Source: Eledone cirrhosa (Eukaryota). Taken from it: 64,000 nt of DNA. Positions 30,481 to 42,964 of the stretch are shown here, piece after piece. The position numbers and the translations under genes were made by a program. The stretch covers positions 46,066,001 through 46,130,000 of the forward strand of contig OZ024754.1 of assembly GCA_964016885.1 (NCBI GenBank), written 5' to 3'. Each line of letters starts with the position of its first letter. Position 1 is the first letter of the stretch. Below the pieces are notes generated by a model that searched no databases, was not told the DNA's origin, and was given only the letters and a program-made list of their open reading frames with translations.

Positions 30481-31881
30481 GCACCCGAAGGCAATTGGGT
30501 AGAGAGGTCGTTAGTGCGTTGGACGAGATCCCTTGAATTATTTCTTAGGGATTGTTGAAGAGTGTGTTGAAATCCTGTTGTGGCCTTTTAGGGGGTAGAT
30601 TTAACCCGTCAGCCAGCTTCACACCACCATCTAAACCTCAGCAGGGTTCACTTTATTGCAAATATTTAGACTAAATCACAGCATTGAGGTTTTGAGGGTA
30701 GATTTAACTCGTCACCCAGTTTCAGAAGACCACCTAAAACTTGACTGTCTTTAGCGGGGTTCACTTTATTGCAAACATTTAGACTGGATCACTGGGTTGG
30801 AGTTTCATTCTTTCCCCTCCTTCTTCGGTCCCGGGGGACCTAGAAAGGATTATGGGACACTGCTCTTCTCTCCATCCCACTAATCAGGATATAAACATCT
30901 TAAATACCACCACCACAACCAGCTTAACTACAACCACATCTAAACTACCACCACTACCACCACCACTACCACCACCACTACCACCACCACTACCACCACC
31001 ACTACCACCACCACTACCACCACCACCATCACTACCTTCTATCTAACACAGACATATGACTACCGGTCATTCTTTTTCGTTTTTTGTTGTTGCTATTATT
31101 GTTTTTGTTATTTATAATAATTTAATTAATCAAATATTTTTATCTTATATTCGTTTATTAATTCATTTATATAATTTTATTTATTAAAAAAAATATTAAT
31201 TGAATTTATTCCACTTTTTTTCTTTCATTTTCTTCTTTTCTGTTAGTTTCCTTAAAACTTCTCTTATTAATAGAAGCCAAATACTTGTGCCAATATATCT
31301 TCTGGTTAAATTCGACAAAACCTTAACAGAAAGCCAGGTCAATCTCTGTTGAAAGGTCATCTAATGAGATCGACTACCTTCCCCTTCTACAACCCTTCTC
31401 TCACACATACATGCACTGACTCACTCACACATACATACATTCACACACATACACACACTCACTCATACATACATACACTCATACACATACATTCACACAC
31501 ATACACACACTCACTCATACATACATACACTCATACACATATACATACATTCATACACATACACACACTCACTCATACATACATACACTCATACACATAC
31601 ATATATTCACACATACATGATCGCACACACCCATAGATACACACATGCACACATACACACTTACTCATGTACACACTGGCATACAGATATACACACATGC
31701 AGACACACACACAATCACTCATGCACACTCTAACACACAATTGCACACACACTACATTCGCAGGTCTTGCTCTCCATTCTGTTTTTATATGTTTTTGGTG
31801 TTTATTGTTGTTGTGAGGATGTAGAAGAAGAAGAAGAAGAAGAAGAAGAAGAAGAAGAAGAAGAAGAAGAAGAAGAAGAAG

Positions 31882-31940
<59 letters not shown>

Positions 31941-32011
31941 AGAGGGAGAGAAGGAGGAGGCATATTTTATCTGAATGTGTGTGTATGTATGTATGCATGT
32001 ATGTGTGTGTG

Positions 32012-32087
<76 letters not shown>

Positions 32088-32334
32088 TGAGTCTATACAT
32101 ATTACCATTAAATTCATATACACATTGGCACTATATTGCTCCGGGTTTTTTTATTTCGTTTTGTTGGTTTTTTGTTTTTGTTTTTGTTTTTGTTTTTGTT
32201 TCCGTTATTTGGCCAATTGCCTTTGAACTGGTTCCGTTCTTTCACTGTAAATATCCCAAATGCTGTCCATGGTCAAAAGTGTTCAATCTACTTTTCACGT
32301 CTTCCATCCTTCTATTATTATTATTATTATAGAG

Positions 32335-32740
32335 GGTCGGGAGTCATGCTTTGACGCATAGAATTACGGCCCTTTCCATTCTGAGTTCAAATCCCGCCGA
32401 GGTCAACTTTGCCTTTCATCCTTACGGGGTCGATAAAATAAAGTACCAGTAATGTACTGGTAAATTGCTGGCCTTGTGCCAAAAGTAGAAACAATTATTA
32501 TTATTATTATTAAAATAGTTTTATTACTATTATTATTTATTGTTGTTGCATTGATAGTATCGGTAGAGCGTTGGACCACATGCTTCTCGGCATATAGTTA
32601 TATCCCTTTACGTTCTGTGTTCAAATCCAGCCGAAGTCAACATTGTCTTTCATCCTTCCAGAATCGATAAAATAAAATACGACTTGATAAAATATTGATA
32701 GCGATTCAATTGACTTTTCCCACTCAAATTTCTGGCCACA
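32335..32740 (+). mobile_element. Two tandem SINE family A copies
   Basis: Cores at ~32380-32460 and ~32610-32680. Confidence 0.8.
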
Positions 32741-32769
32741 GAGAAACAAATTTCGCTTTGCTTTGGTGG

Positions 32770-33395
32770 AATATGTGTGTATTAAATATGAAATGTGTGT
32801 ATTATGTATGAAATGTGTGTATTATGTATGAAATGTGTGCATTAAATATGAAATGTGTGTATTATGTATGAAATGTGTGTATTATATATGAAATGTGTGT
32901 ATTATGTATGAAATGTGTGTATTATGTATGAAATGTGTGTATTAAATATGAAATGTGTGTATTATATATGAAATGTGTGTATTATATATAGAGTGTGTGT
33001 ATTATATATAGAGTGTGTGTATTATGTATAGAGTGTGTGTATTATATATAGAGTGTGTGAATTATATATAGAGTGTGTGTATTATATATAGAGTGAGTGT
33101 GATTTATATGAAATCTGTGTATTATATATAGAGTGTGTGTATTATATATAGAGTGTGTGAATTATATATAGAGTGTGTGTATTATATATAGAGTGTGTAT
33201 TATATATAGAGTGTGTGTATTATATATGAAATGTGTGGATTATATATATGAAATGTGTGTATTATATATAGAGTGTGTGTATTATATATAGAGTGTGTGT
33301 ATTATATATGAAATGTGTGTATTATATATAGAGTGTGTGTATTATATATAGAGTGTGTGTATTATATATAGAGTGTGTGAATTATATATGAATTG
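32770..33395. repeat. 20-bp minisatellite with two variant types
   Basis: attatatatgaaatgtgtgt / attatatatagagtgtgtgt. Confidence 0.95.
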
Positions 33396-33720
33396 TAGAG
33401 ATTTCATACACAGACGTTGTTGTCCTCTGTTTTACTGAACTTACTATAGTAAGAAACTTATGAATATTTCAATTGATTTGTTCGTGATTACCTAATTAGT
33501 ATTACAAATGTCATATCAATATAGCGAACAGATTGAAGATCATGGTAATTACTTCTAGATACAGTTGAGTAAATACCTGGACAGCTAGTCATGCGCAACG
33601 ACAAGGTAGCGTTTAAGGTGTCATCCTGTAACACAAACATGAAACACTGTAACTGTACTGAACGACAGAGAGACAGACAGAGAGACAGATAGATAGGCAG
33701 GTAGGTATGTAGGTTGGTAT

Positions 33721-33791
<71 letters not shown>

Positions 33792-34055
33792 TATTTCTTT
33801 TATTTGCCACTAGGGCATCAAAAGTGGGACAAGTACAAAGGGGGGAGTTTACACAAAAAGGCGTCCTCAATAAGGAGAAGGCAATAACAAAATATAAAAA
33901 TAAAATAAGATATAACAAAAAATAAAATTTTTAACAAAATCCTCAATAGAGAGGAGGCGCCTTGGGGGGTCGCACACACCCCCGAAAAAAGTGTGCAACC
34001 CTTCTCCTCAGGAGCACAGAGAAGGGGTGCTCCCTTGGTCTTTCATCTTCCTCAC

Positions 34056-37000
34056 CTATAGTCTGATGTAGAGTGAAGGCCCATTCACACGGGCCATTCT
34101 CGCCACTTTCACCCATCTTTCATAGAAACGGCTGGGGTGCAGCACCTCTCTCTCCATCCTGATCCTTCTTCCGAAATGATATCGGAAGAAACGGACCAGT
34201 TGTTGGCCAGAGAGAAAGGTGCCCGACCTCAGTCCTTTCAGACGCGTCCACCATACAACCTCTTTCGCCATGGCTATTACGCACAGAAACACCGCCTCTG
34301 CTTCATCTTTGAAGGGGGGAGGCGGCTTGATCATTACAATAGACTCGGTGGTCAACCGGATCGGTCCCACCCTTGACAGCAGTTGTTCGACATAGCCCCA
34401 CAGATCGGCTACGCCCGAGCAGTGTACTAATGCGTGTGCAACGGTTTCCTCGTCGCACACGCATCTGGGACAGATCTTTTTGGCGGGGTCCCTACCCGGG
34501 CGCCCGTGTCTGTAGAGCCTTTCTCGAACGGGTAAAGCCCCTCGGTAGCACTGCCAGGCCAGGGACTTCTGGAAGTTGTCCATAGGTCCCGGGCTAAATG
34601 TCCTACCGAAAAGGCTGGCCAGTTCGTCCTCCTCCATGTCTAGGGCTTCTCCGAGGGCGTCGTCGCACCTGCTGCGTACCAGCCCTCTATAGAATGTTGC
34701 GGTGGAGTCTCCACTGATAACCGGATCCGCCTGCCAGAGGGCGGTGAGCGCCTGGGCACACTCAGTGTGCCAGGCGCCCAGTTTTCTCGGTCTTTGCTTG
34801 ACCCAGGATTGCAGCTCGGTGAGTGAGACGAGTCTGGGAAAGGTTCGTCTCACAAACGAGGCCCACACCGGTTGTCCGGTGAGGAATACGTAGAGGTGCC
34901 GTAGCCTTAATGCGTGTTTACGCATCATTAGCCACGGCATCCCCAGCCCTCCTTTCGAAGGGTGTTGACAGCAGATGGATCTCCTCACCATAGGAGCCCG
35001 CCTCTTCCAAAGGAATTGGAAGAGCGCGCGCTCCATCTTGGTGAGGGTTTCCCTTGGGCAGGGCACTACGGTCAGGCGGTAGTAGATGACGGACGCTATG
35101 TAGGTGTTCGCCACCTCCGCCCGACCTTTCAGGGATAGTTTGCAACTGGCCCACTTCTGGGTCAGTGCAAACACTCTGTTCGTAACCTCCGCCCAGTTTT
35201 TCTCCACCTGGAGGTCCGGTCCGAACCAGACCCCGAGCAACTTCACCGGGCCCTCCGTCCAGCGTCCGACGACGCTATCGGAGGGCATCGGTCTGCCCCT
35301 CCACGTGCCGAGTTGCAAACCGATCGACTTGTCCCGGTTCAGCTTAGCCCCTGTGAACTTTTCGTACTCCTCCAGTAAGGTGCCGACCGCCTCGATTTCG
35401 GAGGCCGTCGACACCATTACTGTCACGTCATCGGCGTAGGCCGACACCGCTTTCCGCAATCCCGGTTCCAAAGGGATGCCCTGCAACAACTCCAACTTCC
35501 GCAGTAGTGGCTCGAGAGTCAATACATACAGAAGGGAGGAGAGAGGGCACCCTTGTCGGATGGACCGCGCGATTTTGAACGGCTCCGAGAGGTAGCCGTT
35601 CACCTTGACCCTAGAGCAGATGCGGCTGCTGTGCATAGCAGTGATCCAGCCCCTGAAAACGGGTCCGAAGCCTGCCGCCGCTAGCACCGCATCCAGGTAA
35701 CCATGGTCGACCCTATCGAACGCCTTAGATTGATCCAAGTTGATCAGAGCCCCACCAAAGCCGGGTTCGTTCCCAACCCTCTCTATGATGTATCGCATGA
35801 GGTGGAGGTTGTCATGGATGGACCTGGACGGGATAGCGCATGTCTGCGCATCTCCCACCAGGTTGCCCACGACAAGCGCCAACCTCTTTGCTAGCACCTT
35901 GGCCAAAATCTGTAACTCTGTATTTAGCAGTGTTATGGGCCTGAAGTTACTTATTTCGTCCCCCTTGTTCTCGTCCTTCCTCACTAGCGTGACTACGCCC
36001 TTGGTCACAGTACAGGGAATTCTCCCGTTCTGTTGCCAGTTGCAGTAGACCGCCTCGAGGAGATCGGGGAACAAGTCCGGCATAGCTAGATATAATTCGT
36101 AAGGAAGACCATCGAGACCCGGGGATTTGCGTTTGCCGCATTGGCTCAGCACGTCCTCTATCTCAGCGGCCGAAATCGGCTCCTCGCAGGACTTCGCCTC
36201 CCTGTCCGAGAGGCGCGGCAGGCCGTCGAGGTATGGACCGAAGTCCACGTTCCCAACCGGCTCCCCGCCCCTCCCGAACAGTCGGGCAAAGTGCCTTTGA
36301 AAGGCCTCACACATCTGCTTAGGCTCAAGAATCGCCCGTCCATCCAGGTCTCGCAAAGACCGGATGGTGGATTTAGTTCCACTGTTGGCCTCTGTCACGC
36401 GGGCCCAGCTAACAGCTTTGGTCCCCTCGTTCCCTAGAGCACGTATTTTACTTCGGACAACGCAGCCTTCGTGCTTCGCGTCGAAAAACTGGCTCAAAGC
36501 CGTTCTCGACGCTAGCACTCTGGCCACGTCGCCGCTTCTAATTGCCTCTTCTACTCTATCTATTAGCTCCCTTTCCTTCCTATTCCTATCCGCAGCTAGA
36601 ACCTTACTAAATTCTATCGAGACTACTCTAATCTCTCTCTTTAGAGATACCCACCACCTGCTGTTGACGATCGCTCCAGTCAACCGTTCCTTAACTAACG
36701 TACTAATCCGATTCCTGTAGGCTCTACTTGCCGGCAAGGACAAGTTGAGCTTCCAGTAACCGGGGCCCTGTCTATGAGTTCTGTCAAGGTTGACCATGCA
36801 GGTCACTAATTTGTGGTCTGAATAGCCAACAATGCGCATTTTTGGACAACTTAAAAATTCCTTATCCTTAATTCTAACTAAGAACCTATCTAGGTACGAC
36901 CTAGATGATCCGCTACGATTTGCCCAAGTCCAGGTTGGCGCAGTCGGAAAATCTAGTCGATATCTATCGGCCAGGTCAAATCGACCGATTAACCCTTTGA

Positions 37001-37493
37001 GGCTATTACACCCCTCTCTATCGGGGCAGGCCCCTACGTAGTCCCAACGTGCATCTAGGATACCATTCCAGTCCCCCACTAATAGCAAGGAGCGGGACGT
37101 CCCTAGAAAAGTCTCCAGACGATGGAAGAAGTCCGGCCGCATTGACCCGAAAGGGCCGTAGGCGGCTACCAACCTAAACGCTCCGCCTTTACCACTGCCA
37201 AGGTCCAGAACCACTAGTCGACCCTCCGGGTCCAAATGTACCATCTGTGTTGCGAGACCCAGATGTTTTTGCAGCAGAACGACAACTCCACCCCCACCTC
37301 CAGGCTGACAGAGAGATGCGTGCATCTCAAAGTCATCAAAGGTGGGGGCCAGCTGTCGCACGTTGCTGATCCGGGCCTCGCAAATAACCATCACATCTAT
37401 ACGTTGTGACCTGAGGTCATTTAGAAGCATTGCTTGCTTCCAAGTTGAGCCCAGGCCACGCGCATTTAAACAGCCTACTCTTAGCATAGCCAT
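34056..37493 (-). CDS. ORF2: AP endonuclease + reverse transcriptase + C-terminal Cys/His motif (Tx1/L1-like)
   Basis: APE motifs LNARG, GDWN, SYLD, SDH; RT motifs SPGLDG, RPITLLN, DQSKAFD, RQGCPLS, YADD; C-terminal CPRC..ETVAHALVHC. The frame is open from 37517 and the first ATG is at 37493. Confidence 0.96.
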   Translation of the reverse strand: MAMLRVGCLNARGLGSTWKQAMLLNDLRSQRIDVMVICEARISNVRQLAPTFDDFEMHASLCQPGGGGGVVVLLQKHLGLATQMVHLDPEGRLVVLDLGSGKGGAFRLVAAYGPFGSMRPDFFHRLETFLGTSRSLLLVGDWNGILDARWDYVGACPDREGCNSLKGLIGRFDLADRYRLDFPTAPTWTWANRSGSSRSYLDRFLVRIKDKEFLSCPKMRIVGYSDHKLVTCMVNLDRTHRQGPGYWKLNLSLPASRAYRNRISTLVKERLTGAIVNSRWWVSLKREIRVVSIEFSKVLAADRNRKERELIDRVEEAIRSGDVARVLASRTALSQFFDAKHEGCVVRSKIRALGNEGTKAVSWARVTEANSGTKSTIRSLRDLDGRAILEPKQMCEAFQRHFARLFGRGGEPVGNVDFGPYLDGLPRLSDREAKSCEEPISAAEIEDVLSQCGKRKSPGLDGLPYELYLAMPDLFPDLLEAVYCNWQQNGRIPCTVTKGVVTLVRKDENKGDEISNFRPITLLNTELQILAKVLAKRLALVVGNLVGDAQTCAIPSRSIHDNLHLMRYIIERVGNEPGFGGALINLDQSKAFDRVDHGYLDAVLAAAGFGPVFRGWITAMHSSRICSRVKVNGYLSEPFKIARSIRQGCPLSSLLYVLTLEPLLRKLELLQGIPLEPGLRKAVSAYADDVTVMVSTASEIEAVGTLLEEYEKFTGAKLNRDKSIGLQLGTWRGRPMPSDSVVGRWTEGPVKLLGVWFGPDLQVEKNWAEVTNRVFALTQKWASCKLSLKGRAEVANTYIASVIYYRLTVVPCPRETLTKMERALFQFLWKRRAPMVRRSICCQHPSKGGLGMPWLMMRKHALRLRHLYVFLTGQPVWASFVRRTFPRLVSLTELQSWVKQRPRKLGAWHTECAQALTALWQADPVISGDSTATFYRGLVRSRCDDALGEALDMEEDELASLFGRTFSPGPMDNFQKSLAWQCYRGALPVRERLYRHGRPGRDPAKKICPRCVCDEETVAHALVHCSGVADLWGYVEQLLSRVGPIRLTTESIVMIKPPPPFKDEAEAVFLCVIAMAKEVVWWTRLKGLRSGTFLSGQQLVRFFRYHFGRRIRMEREVLHPSRFYERWVKVARMARVNGPSLYIRL

Positions 37494-37517
37494 GTTGGTG
37501 GTGAAGAGAAAAGGCAC

Positions 37518-39299
37518 TTACCTCTCTGCGTCCCGGGTATCGGGCTGCACAATTTCCATTAGGGTGGGGGATGGGTTGTTGGGTGGGGTGGTGGTTTGTG
37601 GAAGTGTGGGGGCATCAGTGTGTTGTGTGGTTGGGGAGCTTGGAGTTGTGAGGGTGTTTGGGGAGGGGGTGGGATAGTTTTTTAGGAGGACTCGGTTAAT
37701 GGGCCCGACGCAGGGGGGACCCACGTCCTCTTTAAAATTGTTTTTTAAAGTTTTATAGGTGTCCTGTGGGGCCTTAATCATTTTGAGGTGGGGGAAATCC
37801 CCTGCCTGGGTGAAGTTAGGCCCTTGTGTTTTTATTAGATTGTTGTTGTACACAATGTTTAACAGTTTTTTGTTTCTTGTATTTATGTATGTGTATGCAT
37901 GTTTTTGTTTTTGTGTGGTGTTTTTTGTTTGCTGTTGTGAGCTCTTTTGTGTTGGTGTCAGTGTTATGTTTTGGGGAGGGGTTTTTTTCATTTGTGTGTC
38001 TGAGGTGTGTTTTCTTTTTTTTCTTTTGATTGTGTGGAAGTGCTCCTCCTCGTCTGACGACGAACTAGGGTCATCTTCCGCGTTGGAGGGGAGGGGTATA
38101 TTTTCGGGTTGTGTTTGCGGTACGGGTGTTTTGGAAATTGTTTTTGTTTTTTGAGTGGAGGGGATGGGTTGGACATTGTTTTGTTTTGGTTTGAGCTGTG
38201 GTGGTTGTTTTTGTAGTGGTTGTTGTGGTGATTGTGTTGGTTGTGCAGTTGTTGGTGGTGTAGGCAGGATTGGGGTTTTCTTATTAAGTTGGGGACAGAC
38301 AGCCCTCAGGTGACCTCTGGTTCCGCAGAGGTAACACGAGGGCCGTCTACCCTCAACGGTAATGTTGATGAAGGTTAGATCATCCAGTATGACGCGTTCA
38401 GGGATCTGGGCGATCCTTTCGGGCCTCATTTGAACTACAAGTTCGAGGCTCGTTCCACTGAACGCGTCACCCGATGCCTTTCCCATGGACACCAGCATGT
38501 CATCCTCCAGGTCCAGAAAACCTGTCAAAACCCACCATATGTCCATAATCGGCAGGATGGTGTGGATTTTTATTTTTTGTGTTCTTCTACCCATGTACGT
38601 AGGGTAGAAGGTGTATGCGGTGGATGTGATTGGTTTGATGGACAGTTTCACTGCTGTGTCCCTGTCCTTCATGAGAATGGATAGACTCCCGTAGAGTCTA
38701 TCCTTCTGAATGAAGGTGATGTCCTTCATGACGTCTTTTAAAACCAGCTCTATCTCGCTCTGTGATGGTTGAGCTGGTTTTTTACTTTTGTTCGAGATTG
38801 TCCTAAACATGACCGTGTTTAGGAGTCTCTGGCTTTTTAGTTCCGGGGGGGAATGGATTGTGAATGAACCATTTTCCCCGTACACTATATATTTTTTCGC
38901 ATCCGCCAGTAGCTCCTTCGCTTTTGTTATATCTACTGGCAGATAGTCGAGGGTTTTCCTTGTCGTCTCGGCGAAGGAGAAATTTTGTTTGTTTGTGTTG
39001 TTGTTGTCGTTGGTGGTGTTGTTGTTATCATTGTTGTTGTTGTCACCGTTATTGGTCTTGTTGTTGTTATTGTTATTGTTATTGGTGTTGTTTTCTACCG
39101 TCGCATTGTTGTTGTTGTTGCTGTTGGTTCTTTGGGTTGTTGCCATGGTAACGTCAAGTTGTCGGTTAACAGGTGGAGAGAATTCTTCCTCTGGCTGACC
39201 TATCTTCTTGACCTCTGCTACTGTGACAGTGGCAGGGGGAAGCTGTAAGTTCATCTTCCCCTTTCCTCCTTCGAATTTTGGTGAAGAAGCTTCGGCCAT
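37518..39299 (-). CDS. ORF1 nucleic-acid-binding (gag-like) protein with one CCHC zinc knuckle
   Basis: 593-aa ORF; CYLCGTRGHLRAVC matches CX2CX4HX4C; Asn-rich N-terminus, P/Q/T-rich linker and basic KRKKRK patch; lies directly upstream of the RT ORF. Confidence 0.9.
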   Translation of the reverse strand: MAEASSPKFEGGKGKMNLQLPPATVTVAEVKKIGQPEEEFSPPVNRQLDVTMATTQRTNSNNNNNATVENNTNNNNNNNNKTNNGDNNNNDNNNTTNDNNNTNKQNFSFAETTRKTLDYLPVDITKAKELLADAKKYIVYGENGSFTIHSPPELKSQRLLNTVMFRTISNKSKKPAQPSQSEIELVLKDVMKDITFIQKDRLYGSLSILMKDRDTAVKLSIKPITSTAYTFYPTYMGRRTQKIKIHTILPIMDIWWVLTGFLDLEDDMLVSMGKASGDAFSGTSLELVVQMRPERIAQIPERVILDDLTFINITVEGRRPSCYLCGTRGHLRAVCPQLNKKTPILPTPPTTAQPTQSPQQPLQKQPPQLKPKQNNVQPIPSTQKTKTISKTPVPQTQPENIPLPSNAEDDPSSSSDEEEHFHTIKRKKRKHTSDTQMKKTPPQNITLTPTQKSSQQQTKNTTQKQKHAYTYINTRNKKLLNIVYNNNLIKTQGPNFTQAGDFPHLKMIKAPQDTYKTLKNNFKEDVGPPCVGPINRVLLKNYPTPSPNTLTTPSSPTTQHTDAPTLPQTTTPPNNPSPTLMEIVQPDTRDAER

Positions 39300-39506
39300 T
39301 TAAAAAAATATTGACTTTTCAACAAGAAAAAACTTTTTTTAACTATTTCGCCTAAAGGCGTAGAATATTTTGAGAGACTGACCAGATCAAAGTTTGACCT
39401 GGCAGTCCCTCTACAAAATGGTACAAAAATTAAAGTTATCAGACAAGAATTTCTATAGAAATTTAAACAGAACTTACTCAGCAAGTTATACGCGTGTGTC
39501 CATCCC

Positions 39507-39539
<33 letters not shown>

Positions 39540-39798
39540 GGCAAGGAGTGATCAACTCTATTATAGATTTTATCCTTGTCGTTAATTTGATATTCAACGT
39601 TCAATAAATGTCGACAGAAGAAATCGCCACAATTCAGTGAACACATCATTTTATGAAAGAAAAAAATTATTCCAAATATTGAATCTATATATTTTTTGTT
39701 TTCTATCTGTCTTGTATCAAACAAGTAAACAACTTTTATCACATCTGCTGATCTTTCGGTCGTCTAGCTCTTTGATCCGTTCAATTACATCATATCAT

Positions 39799-39862
<64 letters not shown>

Positions 39863-39919
39863 CATGTTATGGGAGAGAGAGCGAGAGAAACTATTGTTGT
39901 CATTATCATCAGGAAGGTT

Positions 39920-40125
39920 GATTGGTAGCATCGGTAGAGCGTCGGACGAAATGCTTTGCAATATTTAGTTACGACTTTCTAGGTTCTGAGTTCAAAACAC
40001 GCCGAGGTCAACTTTGCCTTTCATCCTTCCGAATTCGATAAAATTAAGTACCAGTTTTGTACTGGGTCGATATAATCGACTTTCCCCTTCACCTATGTTG
40101 CTGTCCTTGTGCTAATGTTAGAAAG
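39920..40125 (+). mobile_element. SINE family A
   Basis: Full head, core and ccttgtgc..ttagaaa tail. Confidence 0.85.
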
Positions 40126-41033
40126 ACTCATTATCATTGGAGTTCTTACTCTTGCTACTGATGTTATTTCTATTATTGTTGTTGGTGGTGGCGGTGGCGG
40201 TGGTGGTGGTTGTGGTCGTCGTCGTCGTCGTGTTGTTGTTGTTGTATGTTGGAAGATTAGGTCTTTCAGTTGGCTAGTGCTACAATTCTGGCAATAATAT
40301 CTGTCGATTTATTTCTTCCATGCCTCAGGCTATACAATGTAAAAGACAGATATATATTTATACTGAAATGTGAAGAAGACACCATTAACGGAGTCAAGCG
40401 TCTCAGTCCGCCATCGTATGGCCATTGAATGCTAATATAATCTAAATTCTCGTCATTGCTAGCCATTTTTTTTTTCTCATTCAAACAATATTTCTCGCTC
40501 TATGAATGTTTTATACCTCATTCGAAAATTCTATCATCAATCTGCCAGCTTTCGCTGAAATTAAGACAAGTTTTATCTATGAACTCTCCACATAACTGTA
40601 TCAACAAAATGGAAAATACATTTTGTGAATATAAATAAGTAGCTAATGTTACTGGGAGAGTGGTGATGGTGGTGGTGGTGACAGCGTCGTCATTTTTGTT
40701 GTTGCTACAGTTGTTGTTTTTTGTGTTGTTGTTGAAGATGGTGGTATTGGTGGTAACGTAATCGTTTTTGCTGTTGTTGTTTAGCTCTAGATCAACACTG
40801 ACCAGAGTAGTCCTAGCTGTGACAATACCAGCACAAATATAACATTGAAAATAAAACTTTGAAAAGCCACCTATAACTGAAACCGGTCAGTGTAAAAACA
40901 AAATAGATAATCAGGATTCTACCAGCAGCACCTCCACCCCCACCCTATCATCAACTACTTATAAAATATATATTTTGTATGATCTAGTTTCTTTTCGTTT
41001 GCATATTCAACCCTTATTATTATTATATATATA

Positions 41034-41483
41034 CAGTGGCGGACTGGCCAGGTTGCCAAGTTGCCCAATGGTGAGTGGGCCCCAGGGGACCCACGGTAGC
41101 ATTGCAAGAGCCCACAGTAGCATTGCAGGACCCACTGCATGACTAGCTCTCCAGGTATTTACTTAAGTGTATCTAGAAGTAATTACCACGATCTTCAATC
41201 TGTTCGTTATATTGATATAACATTTGTAATACTAATTTAGGGGCCAAGGCTTTGCTTTCAAAAAATACCTGAAATCTAAGAGAAAGAATTAAAAAAATGT
41301 TTAAATAAATAAAACAATTAAGCAAAGCATTTGGTCAACCAATTCCCCAGAGAATTACTAGAAACCAAAATATATGATAGCGCAAATAGCTGGAATCAGT
41401 GGTTGTACATTCTACTAAATCCAAAGCTTAGTGTATTCATTCTTCATGCATGCAAACATACATATATAGACACAGACACACGA

Positions 41484-41533
<50 letters not shown>

Positions 41534-42390
41534 TGACACACGAACTACTGACCAAATAATATTTGATATCAATGGGTTAAAGACATCTGAGAGAGAGAGA
41601 GGAGGAGGAGGAGACATGAGGTGGAACAGGGATTACAGGTTAAAATGTGGTCTAGATAGATGTGAAACAAAACGAGGATGTAGCTTACAGAACACCCAAA
41701 TGATTTAGAAGTCGACCTTAAGTAGAAGCAATAACATTAAGAAAGACATGAAAGACACCACAACACTTTGTTTTGAAAATTTTGAAAGCAGGTTTATAAG
41801 TTTGAATTTTCGTAACATTTTCGAAGTTGTCTCTGTGGCCTAGCAGTAGGAACTAGAGACGGTGGAGATCTTGGTCTTGGGTTCAATCCTGGTCAAAAGG
41901 TACATGTAACCTTTTTCAGTTTTTATTTTACGACCCATAGAAAAAACTGAAAAGGTTTACCGGGAACCCTACTCCCGACCAGGTTAGAACTTCAGACCAG
42001 GATCACCACCATCTATGACTCCTCCAAACAAGCCAGCGAGACAACTACAATACAAAAGTATAAAGAAAATTGATAATTATAAACCTACTTTCAAAATCAA
42101 AGTTAAAAGATGTGATGGCGTTCATGGCTTTCCTAGAGCTATTAGTAATATTTATGGTCGACTTCTGGTCATTATTGAAAGTCTCTGGATTTCGCAAAAT
42201 ACACAATATATCTTATTGGAGAAGGTAAGATATTATCCCGCAAACATTTGATTGCACGGTTTTGTTTCCACTTATGTATTTTTCTAAAATGTTATTTATT
42301 CATTATAAAAATTAAATGATAGCATTCTATATGTAGGTGGGCCCCCTTCATCTCCTGGCAACCAATATTTTTAGACCCCGTCCGCCACTG
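41034..42390. mobile_element. Non-autonomous hAT-like DNA transposon (1357 bp)
   Basis: TIRs cagtggcggac / gtccgccactg, subterminal ccaggttgcca / cctggcaacc, flanks tatatata / tatacata. Confidence 0.8.
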
Positions 42391-42627
42391 TATACATATA
42401 TATATATATGTATATATACAGAGAGAGAGAAAGAGAAAGAGAGATATGTACATGTATGCACTTACACATATCTATGCATGTAAGTATATGTGAGACATAC
42501 CTGTGTGTGTTGATGCAACTGTGACTGCGAGAATACGTATACTTAAGGCGCTAATGTATCAGAGATAAGTTATTTTAAAAGGCAATGCAGTATATGTCTT
42601 TTTTATGTAGTAGTAGTAGCAGTAGTC

Positions 42628-42699
<72 letters not shown>

Positions 42700-42856
42700 A
42701 CAAAGAAATGGAAAAGGAAATGAAAACGTATACATTTGCAAAAAAAAGATGTATATATAAATATATCCATACGCACACACACATATATATACATACATAC
42801 AAACATACATCATATATATATATACATACATACACATACACACATATATATATATG

Positions 42857-42964
<108 letters not shown>

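Larger units (their letters stand above)
33793..39506 (-). mobile_element. Full-length Tx1/L1-group non-LTR retrotransposon inserted in (GATA)n
   Basis: Two long intact ORFs in a GC-richer block, ~200-nt 5' UTR starting GGGATGG, and a 3' UTR ending in AATAAAAGAAAT. (ATAG)n abuts both ends (33721-33792 and 39507-39538). Confidence 0.95.

Noticed and set aside
30592-30792. ~105-bp two-copy direct repeat (similar imperfect tandems at 15480-15620, 50190-50420, 53030-53270)
   Set aside because: Ordinary degenerate tandem duplications with no further structure seen.
34137-39248. Plus-strand and alternative-frame ORFs overlapping the retrotransposon
   Set aside because: Shadow ORFs of GC-rich coding sequence.
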